From sequence record PX393110.1: DNA of 64,000 nt; one strand, written 5' to 3'. A model generated the notes under the pieces. That model worked only from the letters and a program-made list of their open reading frames with translations. It did not search any database and had not been told where the DNA came from. The position numbers were made by a program, and so were the translations under genes. Shown here one piece after another: positions 48,012-56,526 of the stretch. The DNA is from a phage. How positions within the stretch are numbered: position 1 is the first letter of the stretch; the number at the start of each line of letters is the position of its first letter.

Positions 48012-48586
48012 CCCTCCATAAATGCACGTTCAATACGGCACACATCACATAGGTCCTTACCCAGCTGACGAGTGCCATGCTTCTCACAATATCCAGTACG
48101 GGATTCACGAGTTAATTCACGTAAGATACGCTTGGCTTCCAGATCAGCACATCCCTTATCCAGCTCAGCACTAAACTGTTCGGCACTCATAATCCCTAAC
48201 GACATCTCCGCCAGCTGTTCCCTATTTAACTGGCTATTTCCTCCGCCAGTTAGGAACCAGTCCTTAACCCACCAGTAACGATAGTGGTGCTTGGGATGAC
48301 GATTATGTATTTCCATACAGTCGTCCAGAGTAAGGAACTTAACCTGCTTATCTTTCCAGATGAATGGCTTATCGAACGGTATGTCGTCACGATTATCATA
48401 GCATGCCCACTGAGGAACTGGGCAGCCATCGCCATCTATCATCTGGTAGTGGAACTCTACTTGCATCTGTAGCATTTCTACTCGGGAATAGAATCGCTCG
48501 TGGTAGAAGACTACTACGCTCTTACCATGCTCTGGTACAAAGTCTTCAAGACTCTGCATACTGAAATTAATTGGCATGTTTCTCAC
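48008..48586 (-). CDS. hypothetical protein
   Basis: 192 aa ORF; Cys-rich C-terminus. Confidence 0.45.
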   Translation of the reverse strand: MRNMPINFSMQSLEDFVPEHGKSVVVFYHERFYSRVEMLQMQVEFHYQMIDGDGCPVPQWACYDNRDDIPFDKPFIWKDKQVKFLTLDDCMEIHNRHPKHHYRYWWVKDWFLTGGGNSQLNREQLAEMSLGIMSAEQFSAELDKGCADLEAKRILRELTRESRTGYCEKHGTRQLGKDLCDVCRIERAFMEG

Positions 48587-48821
48587 CGAGATCGCGGAGG
48601 TAGTGGAACCCTTTCGTGCAAGCTATTTCGGCCAGTTTAGTTATGATAACTGCCACGATCACGAAAGGGATTAACGGCCAAAATACCGTAGCCAATACTG
48701 TGTAGCCACCATGCTTAATACGGAATCTGCCAGTAACATAAGCAGCAATCGGATAAACGATGATCCCACCGATGACATAAGCAATCATCAGTCCTACGAT
48801 CATATTATCAGTAAAGTACAT
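48567..48821 (-). CDS. small membrane protein (2 predicted TM helices)
   Basis: 84 aa; two hydrophobic segments. Confidence 0.45.
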   Translation of the reverse strand: MYFTDNMIVGLMIAYVIGGIIVYPIAAYVTGRFRIKHGGYTVLATVFWPLIPFVIVAVIITKLAEIACTKGFHYLRDLGEKHAN

Positions 48822-48830
48822 AATTATTCC

Positions 48831-49052
48831 TTATCTTTTCAGGACGTATTGTTTACATGGGTAATTCTTTACCTTCTTGCCAGATCCGCAGTAGCAATCT
48901 TCGTTAGCCTTACTACGCTTAATTACTTTCGGCTCTCCAGTAAACTCAGCCTCTTTCTTAGCATCCTTAGCTTTGTAATATTCCCAACTCGCCATCCAGA
49001 CACCATCTAGACAGAGAGCATTAATCTGTACGGGATTACTCCTCGTCATCAT
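48831..49052 (-). CDS. SEC-C motif protein
   Basis: C-terminal CYCGSGKKVKNYPC resembles the SecA C-terminal zinc-binding motif. Confidence 0.5.
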   Translation of the reverse strand: MMTRSNPVQINALCLDGVWMASWEYYKAKDAKKEAEFTGEPKVIKRSKANEDCYCGSGKKVKNYPCKQYVLKR

Positions 49053-49174
49053 CGGAGCCTCCTCCCATAGCCTGCTCTTCGATTACCTGCATACAGGTAA
49101 GACATACTGGTTCGAGACCATACTCCGACATATCGATAGGAGTCTCATCCTTATGTTGTTTACACCAGGAGCAC

Positions 49175-49369
49175 TTAAACTGTGGCATCTGTCATATCCT
49201 TAGTGATATAGTCAAACAGAATCTCTTCTCTAGATGTCCGCCAGCATTCATGGCCATCTTTCATGCAGATCAATTCGTTAGTCTCTTCATCATACTCCCA
49301 GTAACAGGAAGCAGAGATAGGACCATGAACCTGATTGTACATATGGATCATCTTTTCTTCAGTAGTCAT
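49175..49369 (-). CDS. hypothetical protein (64 aa)
   Basis: ATG at 49367-49369 with AGGAG RBS, leaving the promoter motif upstream. Confidence 0.4.
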   Translation of the reverse strand: MTTEEKMIHMYNQVHGPISASCYWEYDEETNELICMKDGHECWRTSREEILFDYITKDMTDATV

Positions 49370-49397
49370 AATTTCTCCTAACAGTAGTTCTGACACC

Positions 49398-49428
49398 TTA
49401 ACAGCCTTTCAGCACCTAAAAAGAGCGG
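49398..49428 (-). promoter_or_regulatory. conserved promoter-like motif
   Basis: TTAACAGCCTTTCAGCACCTAAAAAGAGCGG. Confidence 0.5.
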
Positions 49429-49429
49429 C

Positions 49430-49663
49430 CTACGAATCTTCCAGATCTACTAAGTATTCGATCTTGAGTCTGAATGGCCCCATATACTGGGTAATAGCCA
49501 TAATCCTGCCATTCTCCTTTTCCCATATCCATGGTGCTGGTGGCTTAGGAGTGTCCTTAGGAACATAACCCATATTGGTTAGTTTAGCTATTGCTACTCT
49601 TCCAACAGCCTTCCCACCAGCCTTAGACTGGGAGGTAATATACTCTTCAGTAACTACGATCAT
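49430..49663 (-). CDS. hypothetical protein
   Basis: 77 aa ORF. Confidence 0.45.
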   Translation of the reverse strand: MIVVTEEYITSQSKAGGKAVGRVAIAKLTNMGYVPKDTPKPPAPWIWEKENGRIMAITQYMGPFRLKIEYLVDLEDS

Positions 49664-50192
49664 TAATAGTGTTCCTCAACATAATCAAATAATAACTCCT
49701 AAACTAATGGACGTAGGAACTACCGGCCCCTTATCTAATTTAACCAATTGGAGTGTAGCGGCGGCTGGCAGAGCCGCCGCGTACACGAGACTAAGCTCCT
49801 CCGGAGACTCTGACCTTGCCCACCCGAGCCTCCCCCTGGGATTCGCTCCCTAAAGCCACTTTGGGCTTTAACTCGCTCACCCTACGCGTGACGCAAGGTA
49901 TACTACGTAGATGCCCCTAAGAATGTTGAGAGGGTATAAACCTTAGTGTAGTTCGCATCAGTCCCCACTAAGGTCTCGACAATACCTTCATCCTCTATCC
50001 AGTTCCGGACAATCTGAATAGGGACACTACCTAACTATTCGTAATGCAACCATAGCCGGAGACGTAACTTAATCGTGCCCTATGTATACGCATTACTTAA
50101 TGAGAGTATATAGCTGCTCTTCCCAGACTATCGAATCTGTTTTACGGAAGAGCAACTATTAGGCCGTTAGGTGCCTTAATAGAACTCAGCTA
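49664..50192. other. ~530-bp non-coding region with multiple strong hairpins (candidate structured RNA or replication/regulatory element)
   Basis: no ORF above 60 aa on either strand; 9-bp GC stem GCGGCGGCT/AGCCGCCGC at 49759-49781; 11-bp stem at 50113-50158; nested inverted repeat at 50041-50096. Confidence 0.4.
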
Positions 50193-50363
50193 TTAGTAAA
50201 GTTTCACTACTTTGTTAGATACCCAGGACTGAGGGTTGGCAGATTCCACCATTTTGTCGTAGGCACGATCTGCTTGATCTTTAGTCTCAAATTCCGCAAT
50301 TACCGAGTGAACTGATGGAGCATCCCGAGCAACAATACTACTTATAATAAGTAACTTAAACAT
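50193..50363 (-). CDS. small hypothetical protein (56 aa)
   Basis: internal ATG at 50361-50363; longer track ORF overlaps the upstream gene. Confidence 0.35.
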   Translation of the reverse strand: MFKLLIISSIVARDAPSVHSVIAEFETKDQADRAYDKMVESANPQSWVSNKVVKLY

Positions 50364-50715
50364 GAGCCATCCTCCTGGAGCGGTCGCAGGAGTCCCAGAT
50401 TGCGTTATATACTCTCTTACCATCTTCGTAAGATAGACCGTAAGCATCACCATTACAGTCAATTAACGCACTTACTCCTCCCAGCTTAACTTCCGGACCG
50501 TAAATATCGTTATAGACATGGATTACACCATTAGCGCTTACCCAAGTCCATGTATCTTTACGAATCATCCGGATTTCGTCATTATCCAACATTCTGATAA
50601 ATTCGGTAGGGTCCCCAGTACGGATCATATTCTCATAAGCTAGTCGCTCTTCCGATTTAGTCAGTAAGGGAATTGCTGGAACAGTTTTAAATATAGATTT
50701 TAATTTCTCAAACAT
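50356..50715 (-). CDS. hypothetical protein
   Basis: 119 aa; preceded by tandem duplicated SD sequence. Confidence 0.5.
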   Translation of the reverse strand: MFEKLKSIFKTVPAIPLLTKSEERLAYENMIRTGDPTEFIRMLDNDEIRMIRKDTWTWVSANGVIHVYNDIYGPEVKLGGVSALIDCNGDAYGLSYEDGKRVYNAIWDSCDRSRRMAHV

Positions 50716-50740
50716 ATCTTAATATCTCCTAATATCTCCT
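50714..50740 (-). repeat. tandem 10-bp direct repeat forming duplicated Shine-Dalgarno
   Basis: AATATCTCCT x2 on plus, i.e. AGGAGATATT AGGAGATATT in sense orientation. Confidence 0.8.
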
Positions 50741-50752
50741 AAGACTATTCAC

Positions 50753-50776
50753 ATAGAGCACCATCAGATGCTCTAT
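50753..50776 (-). promoter_or_regulatory. conserved intergenic stem-loop (ACATAGRGCACC family)
   Basis: 7-bp stem ATAGAGC/GCTCTAT with 10-nt loop. Confidence 0.45.
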
Positions 50777-50793
50777 AGGAATAACCTCTACAG

Positions 50794-50825
50794 TTTAACA
50801 GCCTTTTGACCGTACAAAAGAGCGG
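50794..50825 (-). promoter_or_regulatory. conserved promoter-like motif
   Basis: TTTAACAGCCTTTTGACCGTACAAAAGAGCGG. Confidence 0.5.
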
Positions 50826-50827
50826 TT

Positions 50828-51061
50828 TTATTTAGTATACTTATTTCTGGCTAAGTCTACCCCAAGGGAAGTAAGCATACACATGTTACGGTCATCATAA
50901 ATCTTAGGGCAGAGATTATTACCCTTAAACCAGGCAGCTAATCCTTTATCTACCAAGCCAGATGCTCCAGATTTAGATGGTAGGTCTCCGTCTGCTGCTG
51001 GTCCGAACCAGAATAATTTGTACAGAACATCTTCTTCTGCACCATTTAACTCTTTATCCAT
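50828..51061 (-). CDS. hypothetical protein
   Basis: 77 aa ORF. Confidence 0.45.
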   Translation of the reverse strand: MDKELNGAEEDVLYKLFWFGPAADGDLPSKSGASGLVDKGLAAWFKGNNLCPKIYDDRNMCMLTSLGVDLARNKYTK

Positions 51062-51071
51062 TTTAAGCTCC

Positions 51072-51383
51072 TTAATACTCTTTATCTATCGTTATGTTGA
51101 TATGGATAAGCTCAGGATCTACCAGCTTAATTATGTTCACGGAGCCTAGTTCCCAGTTAGATAAACGTAGGGAATTACGGCATCTTGCAGCTAAACCGAA
51201 CAGATTTAGCTCATCCAGACGGTCATAACTAAGCAAAGTAGCCTTATCTTTATCTAAAGTCCAGTCTTCTTCATTAACAGGACCTAAAATGCAGTAGGCA
51301 GTTCTCCAGTTAACGTCCCCCTCCGGAGGGCGTTCCCCGATATCTGCGCTCCATATCTTTAATTCAATGCGGAACTGTTCCAT
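51072..51383 (-). CDS. hypothetical protein
   Basis: 103 aa ORF. Confidence 0.45.
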   Translation of the reverse strand: MEQFRIELKIWSADIGERPPEGDVNWRTAYCILGPVNEEDWTLDKDKATLLSYDRLDELNLFGLAARCRNSLRLSNWELGSVNIIKLVDPELIHINITIDKEY

Positions 51384-51610
51384 TATCTGTCCTTAGGAGG
51401 AGCAGCAACCTCCCCAGTTGGTGTGGTATTCTCTGGGTGACCAACAGACTTAGTTTCCTTATACTTAACAGAACTAAGATTGAATACCAATAGCCCAGGT
51501 ATAGCCGACCACCATGATGCTCCCATATAATAAAGGCCCAATACTAGAACAGTCATGCAGATAAGGGTTACAATATTTTCGAGTATACCCATCATCATTA
51601 TTTTATTCAC
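51383..51610 (-). CDS. small membrane protein
   Basis: 75 aa; two hydrophobic segments. Confidence 0.45.
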   Translation of the reverse strand: MNKIMMMGILENIVTLICMTVLVLGLYYMGASWWSAIPGLLVFNLSSVKYKETKSVGHPENTTPTGEVAAPPKDR

Positions 51611-52161
51611 TGAGGCATGTCTCCTATGCTACCAACATAATCGGTCCCATATCCAGGCTCGGTTGCTGGTTTAATGGACCCTACCATACCCTTATTGTCG
51701 ATGGTGACAGTGTGTGGGGCAGGGACATATTTAGCGGACCATCCATGCCAATCCATGAATGCGCAGTAGTTAGCCACGTCGACAGGATCACCCTTATCGA
51801 TATGGTGGCTAAATGCGATGATGCACTGGGTAGGGTCTTCGAACTGATCATTACCCTTAGCCGTATCCCAGTTAGGATGACGCCATCCGTTGGTGAATCC
51901 ATACTTAACCTGGGCTTTATGTAACTTCTTAGCCATCTTCCCAGCGAAGTCCAGAACCAACTCACGAGTATCAGGATGCAGACCATCAGGAATAGCGACG
52001 CAGTTATTCGTGATAGACATCTTCACGTGATTGAGGATGTCTGCTACTTCTTTACGGCTCATGGTGAACTCCATAGCATTGAGATCACCACTTAATTTAC
52101 TGCGGAAGAGATTGTTGATTAAGTCCAGAGTCTCTTCCACTACATTACGATTACTACTCAT
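51607..52161 (-). CDS. hypothetical protein
   Basis: ATG at 52159-52161 with AAGGAAG RBS; avoids overlap with upstream gene. Confidence 0.45.
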   Translation of the reverse strand: MSSNRNVVEETLDLINNLFRSKLSGDLNAMEFTMSRKEVADILNHVKMSITNNCVAIPDGLHPDTRELVLDFAGKMAKKLHKAQVKYGFTNGWRHPNWDTAKGNDQFEDPTQCIIAFSHHIDKGDPVDVANYCAFMDWHGWSAKYVPAPHTVTIDNKGMVGSIKPATEPGYGTDYVGSIGDMPQ

Positions 52162-52171
52162 AGATACTTCC

Positions 52172-52741
52172 TTATTTCTTATTGCAATGAGGACATACCA
52201 TATGCTCAATACCGAGCTCGCCATGGTCTATCACTGCTTGACCAGCACCACCGCAGCGGTTGCATCCGATCTCTTCAATTACCTCATCTCTCTGAATCTG
52301 TAACTTAACTGCGGATAAGAGATCGAATAGTACCTCTTCGTTTACTGAGCAACTCATTACCGCGAAGTTAGATGCCATACCAGCATCGATGGGAGTAAAC
52401 GATAAATCTGAGAAGGAGAACTCCTCATCGTTACCATAGCCACGGAAGTCTCTCATGACTACCTTAACATCCGGACGAGATTCTAGTAGTTTGTAATCTT
52501 CTGCAGTAATTACGGCATTTACTTCCCAGCTACGCCAAGACCATGTTGCCTGATAAAACTGAGGAGCGGGTCTGGTATGTGGATGGTCCGGCTCTACGTA
52601 TTGATCCACTACCTTAGCCAGATGTGTACGGAGCTGCTGAGTCTGGCCATAAGTCATTACGGCATCCATCAACTCTTTCAGCATTCTATTGTACAGATGA
52701 GGAGCTAACCTAAGTTTACTGTTCATCATCAACTCCTGCAA
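52172..52741 (-). CDS. hypothetical protein with C-terminal zinc ribbon
   Basis: 189 aa; CNRCGG ... CPHC. Confidence 0.45.
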   Translation of the reverse strand: MQELMMNSKLRLAPHLYNRMLKELMDAVMTYGQTQQLRTHLAKVVDQYVEPDHPHTRPAPQFYQATWSWRSWEVNAVITAEDYKLLESRPDVKVVMRDFRGYGNDEEFSFSDLSFTPIDAGMASNFAVMSCSVNEEVLFDLLSAVKLQIQRDEVIEEIGCNRCGGAGQAVIDHGELGIEHMVCPHCNKK

Positions 52742-52904
52742 TTATAGATACATTATTATAACCAGCATCGAAGGTAACATCGATATCACCTTCAATGTTC
52801 TCTACATCTTTCAGCTTGGCGATCAGCTTAGAGATAGGACCACTCCAGTCGTCTAACTCTTCTAAAATTCGTTTAGCCTCGTCAGATATATCTAACGTAT
52901 GCAT
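52716..52904 (-). CDS. small acidic hypothetical protein
   Basis: 62 aa; AGGAG RBS. Confidence 0.4.
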   Translation of the reverse strand: MHTLDISDEAKRILEELDDWSGPISKLIAKLKDVENIEGDIDVTFDAGYNNVSIIAGVDDEQ

Positions 52905-52931
52905 TTGATTACTCCTAACGTTAACATTTCA

Positions 52932-52957
52932 CATAGGGCACCGAAATACCCTATAGG
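52932..52957 (-). promoter_or_regulatory. conserved intergenic stem-loop (ACATAGRGCACC family)
   Basis: 6-bp stem ATAGGG/CCCTAT with 10-nt loop. Confidence 0.4.
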
Positions 52958-52962
52958 CTATG

Positions 52963-53178
52963 CTAACCGTACAGTGTTCCTGGTCTAGGTTCCACCATGG
53001 TTGTTGCGTCTACATTCTCGAATATAACATCGTCATTAGCCACGGAACATGTAGCGGTGTGTTCGTCCATAACCAGGCTACCACGTACCATACAGACCAT
53101 CTCTCCGTTATATTCAAAATGCATACCAGTAGTCATATGAATCGGAATCTTATCTACCATAACGGATGAATCTCCCAT
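52963..53178 (-). CDS. hypothetical protein
   Basis: 71 aa ORF. Confidence 0.4.
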   Translation of the reverse strand: MGDSSVMVDKIPIHMTTGMHFEYNGEMVCMVRGSLVMDEHTATCSVANDDVIFENVDATTMVEPRPGTLYG

Positions 53179-53259
53179 CCCATAGCTACACAGAATGAGC
53201 AGAAGAGCAATCCCAGGAAGAATCCGATCACTATAAGAAATCCAGCGCCGTCCAGCATA

Positions 53260-53550
53260 TTAGTCATCCAGTCTGATTACATTACCAGCTAACCATCCTC
53301 CGCATACTGCTCCTGTTACTTTGGTGCCAGTAGGACTAGTTGCTGAAAATTTAGTGGAGAACATACCATTCTTGGAGCACTTAAACCAGGATCTCCCATG
53401 TATCGTTACATTGGTGAATCCACTGTTATTTAGGGTTTTAGTTGCTCCAGATTCGTCGTAACACCTGCTTAAAATGAAGATGCTTAAAATGAAGATTATA
53501 ACGATCACCATAATTACCGGTAGAAACCCACCAATAGCTGATAATTTCAT
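53260..53550 (-). CDS. membrane-anchored/secreted hypothetical protein
   Basis: ATG at 53548-53550 with GGGAG RBS; N-terminal hydrophobic helix. Confidence 0.45.
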   Translation of the reverse strand: MKLSAIGGFLPVIMVIVIIFILSIFILSRCYDESGATKTLNNSGFTNVTIHGRSWFKCSKNGMFSTKFSATSPTGTKVTGAVCGGWLAGNVIRLDD

Positions 53551-53551
53551 A

Positions 53552-53839
53552 TTACTCCCAGCAGTGATATTCGGCGAAATCGCAGATCTGGAAGAATGGA
53601 CCATGACGAATCCATGGTTTATCCGGAAGGGTTTCCCATAGATGGTGACACCATTTCGCGAACCTCTTAGCGGACTCCAGATCAGTAACCTTATCAGTGC
53701 GAATATCGAATCCGGTCCGCTTAGCTACTGTATCCCAGTCAGTCCACCCCTTCCATACCTCGTTAATGTAAGGCATGATTCGTCCAGATTCGATCAATTT
53801 TTGAGCTTCAGATACGATGTTCTCATCTAAGATCTGCAT
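53552..53839 (-). CDS. hypothetical protein
   Basis: 95 aa ORF. Confidence 0.45.
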   Translation of the reverse strand: MQILDENIVSEAQKLIESGRIMPYINEVWKGWTDWDTVAKRTGFDIRTDKVTDLESAKRFAKWCHHLWETLPDKPWIRHGPFFQICDFAEYHCWE

Positions 53840-54029
53840 CGTTACTCCTTAATATGTTTCCATGTTGCTGATTCAATATCGTAGTCGTCTAGGCATGGGT
53901 TATCCAGTCTCATACCTCCACATTCTCCGAACTCCACATCTACAAAGTCCTTAATATCGGAATCGGATGCTGTGTCTGGTACTTCGACGACTACGGTTAC
54001 TTCTATAAGTTTGCGGTCCACAGTAGCTC

Positions 54030-54248
54030 CTACTTATTCGGAGTAATGATGCATGGTGCCGCAGCAGTGATCACTACTGGATTACCACTACTGTCCCAGA
54101 TGGTGGTTGCCGCAGTCTCGATTACATAGCGTTGAGCATTAGGCTCACTATACAGAGACCGACCATCCGGACCGAAGCATTCGATATTTACTGATGCGCT
54201 AGCCATTCCGCTTGTTGCAAGAAGAGCAACTACAAGAATCTTTTTCAT
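54030..54248 (-). CDS. small secreted protein
   Basis: N-terminal signal peptide MKKILVVALLATSGMASA. Confidence 0.45.
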   Translation of the reverse strand: MKKILVVALLATSGMASASVNIECFGPDGRSLYSEPNAQRYVIETAATTIWDSSGNPVVITAAAPCIITPNK

Positions 54249-54408
54249 CGTTAGTTCCTTTCGTTTTACGTAAATCGTTACACTTACCCAGCAAAGTCTT
54301 AACGGAATTAAGATCTGAGTTTAGCTTAGATAAGCGATCTTTTAATAAAGCCAATCTGAACAGGAGTATCATAACTACCCCTATCAATACTCCTATCGTT
54401 ATAGCCAT
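54199..54408 (-). CDS. small membrane protein
   Basis: 69 aa; N-terminal TM helix; overlaps downstream gene by about 50 nt. Confidence 0.35.
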   Translation of the reverse strand: MAITIGVLIGVVMILLFRLALLKDRLSKLNSDLNSVKTLLGKCNDLRKTKGTNDEKDSCSCSSCNKRNG

Positions 54409-54410
54409 GG

Positions 54411-54743
54411 TTACCCCAGTTCGATGAATATCCTCTCGTTGCGGTAGTTAGAGGACATAGAGTAGCTTACCTTAAATCCTAGAGCATGGTACAGATTAGA
54501 CAGCACCGTAGTGTTGGTAGTCTTGCCATCCTTATTCAGGAGTGCTCGGTCTCCCTTAAATGCTTCGTCCAGCTGGGTAAGATGTACATCCGCACTGAAG
54601 TGAGTGATCAGCATCTTATTGATAGCGTCGAAACCATCGTTCCAGTGTTCGTCCAGGAACTTCAGGGCATTCTCTTTATCTACCTGCTGCTTATGTTCAC
54701 GAGCCAGACGTACGTGTTCTGCAGTTGCAATAATGTTGCTCAT
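54411..54743 (-). CDS. hypothetical protein
   Basis: ATG at 54741-54743 with AGGAG RBS. Confidence 0.45.
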   Translation of the reverse strand: MSNIIATAEHVRLAREHKQQVDKENALKFLDEHWNDGFDAINKMLITHFSADVHLTQLDEAFKGDRALLNKDGKTTNTTVLSNLYHALGFKVSYSMSSNYRNERIFIELG

Positions 54744-54804
54744 AATATCTCCTAAGATTAACAGCAATATTAATAGATGGCACTCGTAAGTACCATCGAT
54801 AATA

Positions 54805-55050
54805 CTACTCAGAGAAACTAACGCCTAACCTCTCCAGCTCTAGTCGCTTATCATCAATACGGCGAGATAACTCGGCAAGAACTGCTGGACGTATTGCATC
54901 AATGAAGGCATCGTCCTGGTACTGAGACTGGATAGTGATACCCAACGCCACATGACCAGTACTTTCTTCGATGATATTGTACTGCCTTTCCAGTTCTTTA
55001 AGAGCCTGCATACCGTAGTGAATCTTATCTACATCGGCTGCCTTAACCAT
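54805..55050 (-). CDS. hypothetical protein
   Basis: 81 aa ORF. Confidence 0.45.
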   Translation of the reverse strand: MVKAADVDKIHYGMQALKELERQYNIIEESTGHVALGITIQSQYQDDAFIDAIRPAVLAELSRRIDDKRLELERLGVSFSE

Positions 55051-55051
55051 A

Positions 55052-55249
55052 TTACCCTATTTTAGTAAATCGCCCATCCTCCATCTCGGAGGCGCGTCGG
55101 ACCCATTTCTTAAAGTCCTTACCACGATAGACATAGGCACGCTCATTAGTTTCTTCCAGATATACTTCATCATCCAGAATATGATAATGATTACCAGACT
55201 TCTCGTGTAGGACTTTATCCCCAGGATTAAACATGCTCATTATGTGCAA
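55052..55249 (-). CDS. hypothetical protein
   Basis: 65 aa ORF. Confidence 0.4.
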   Translation of the reverse strand: MHIMSMFNPGDKVLHEKSGNHYHILDDEVYLEETNERAYVYRGKDFKKWVRRASEMEDGRFTKIG

Positions 55250-55425
55250 TGTGCTCCCACTTCACGAATAATGACATCCTGCTGTTCCGGAGTCATGGGA
55301 TTAGCAATAGCGCTAGCCATCTCTCCGAAGTTACCGATTAACTCATGGCCTACCTGCATCTGGGTAAGTAGCTCTGATAACTTAACATAGTCATCAGTCT
55401 TTACTCTGATCTGCACAAACTTCAT
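55240..55425 (-). CDS. hypothetical protein
   Basis: 61 aa ORF. Confidence 0.4.
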   Translation of the reverse strand: MKFVQIRVKTDDYVKLSELLTQMQVGHELIGNFGEMASAIANPMTPEQQDVIIREVGAHCT

Positions 55426-55679
55426 TTACGGAGATCCGTGTAGACATAGTTCTGATGCTCGGTACGAGTTACCAGACCCAGCTTACCTTTACTGGTGACT
55501 GCGTACTGAACACCATCTTCGTTGATCAGTTTGTAGTTATCAGCACGTACCCTCTCGCCACGTTTATCTTCAGGCTCAAGAATAGTTGCTTCTATGGTGT
55601 TATTGGGATGAATGATGGCTTTCTCCACCACCATATCCACATGTACCGATACACCTAATCGGCCACCAAGAGAAGGCAT
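55422..55679 (-). CDS. hypothetical protein
   Basis: 85 aa ORF; start may be internal ATG. Confidence 0.4.
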   Translation of the reverse strand: MPSLGGRLGVSVHVDMVVEKAIIHPNNTIEATILEPEDKRGERVRADNYKLINEDGVQYAVTSKGKLGLVTRTEHQNYVYTDLRK

Positions 55680-55842
55680 GTAATTTAACTCCCATCTTTT
55701 GGTATTTCTTGCGGATCTTCTGAACTACGCGATCCTGGTTACGTCTGGTATTCTTACGCATACCATTAATAGCTTCTTCCATCTCACGATGCATAGCGCT
55801 ACGCATCTTATCGTTAAGAGTCAATTCCTGACGTTCTCCCAT
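55600..55842 (-). CDS. hypothetical basic protein, first gene after promoter motif
   Basis: 80 aa; AGAGGAGG RBS; 3' end overlaps next ORF so true extent is uncertain. Confidence 0.4.
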   Translation of the reverse strand: MGERQELTLNDKMRSAMHREMEEAINGMRKNTRRNQDRVVQKIRKKYQKMGVKLHAFSWWPIRCIGTCGYGGGESHHSSQ

Positions 55843-55862
55843 GTGTCCTCCTCTTTGAACAC

Positions 55863-55894
55863 TTTAACAGCCTTTGGAACCCTATAAAGAGCGG
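55863..55894 (-). promoter_or_regulatory. conserved promoter-like motif
   Basis: TTTAACAGCCTTTGGAACCCTATAAAGAGCGG. Confidence 0.5.
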
Positions 55895-55896
55895 TT

Positions 55897-56526
55897 TTAT
55901 TTAGGGATCCATGAATACTTTAAATTCCATGGCCTAGGGGTACCATGGAAACAAACTACTGCAACCCCATTAGGCACCGACCCGTTTCCGGTAGACCTGT
56001 GACAGTAATGCTCCTGGTCAGGACCTACTACTGATACCTTGTAGGAACAGAATTTACCTGGGTAGAGATCTTGTATGCGAGGTACTCCATTAAAGAATGG
56101 GCAGATAAACTCCTGATCACCACCTACAGAGTGATTAGCCATGAATCTATCTGGACTAACTATCCAAGCATTCCAGATGCGCTCAGCTAAGATAGGCTCA
56201 ACACGCATCACGCTACTGTTAACCATCCCAGTATGGTACCAGTCTCGGAGAATAGTTGATTCGTCACAGTTCAGCAGGAATGTGATATCGTCGATAATTG
56301 CTGTATCTAAATCGAAGAACACGAATGGCTCCTGGATAGTGAATAGCTCCATCTTACTCCACCAGCCAGGATAATCATGCTTCATAGGTATCCACTCAAC
56401 TCCTTCGATAGGCTCTTTAGAGATACATGCATATCTTGTACCTTCTGGGAGTTGTCTACCTACCCATTTAACGTGATCTTCTGTGAAGTCCTTACCCTTA
56501 CGAAATACCGTAACCACTAGCGACAT
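55897..56526 (-). CDS. putative glycosyltransferase (DxD-containing)
   Basis: 209 aa; FDLDTAIIDD possible DxD motif; in glycosyltransferase cluster. Confidence 0.4.
   Translation of the reverse strand: MSLVVTVFRKGKDFTEDHVKWVGRQLPEGTRYACISKEPIEGVEWIPMKHDYPGWWSKMELFTIQEPFVFFDLDTAIIDDITFLLNCDESTILRDWYHTGMVNSSVMRVEPILAERIWNAWIVSPDRFMANHSVGGDQEFICPFFNGVPRIQDLYPGKFCSYKVSVVGPDQEHYCHRSTGNGSVPNGVAVVCFHGTPRPWNLKYSWIPK

Noticed and set aside
49664-50192. Possible tRNA gene(s) in the large non-coding region
   Set aside because: Manual inspection found no acceptor-stem/T-arm combination with GTTCRANYC-like T-loop on either strand; needs tRNAscan-SE to exclude definitively
50753-50779. Resemblance of CTATAGG in the conserved stem-loops to T7/SP6-type promoter cores
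   Set aside because: Only the short CTATAG core matches; the upstream T7-like recognition region is absent and orientation is inconsistent with flanking genes
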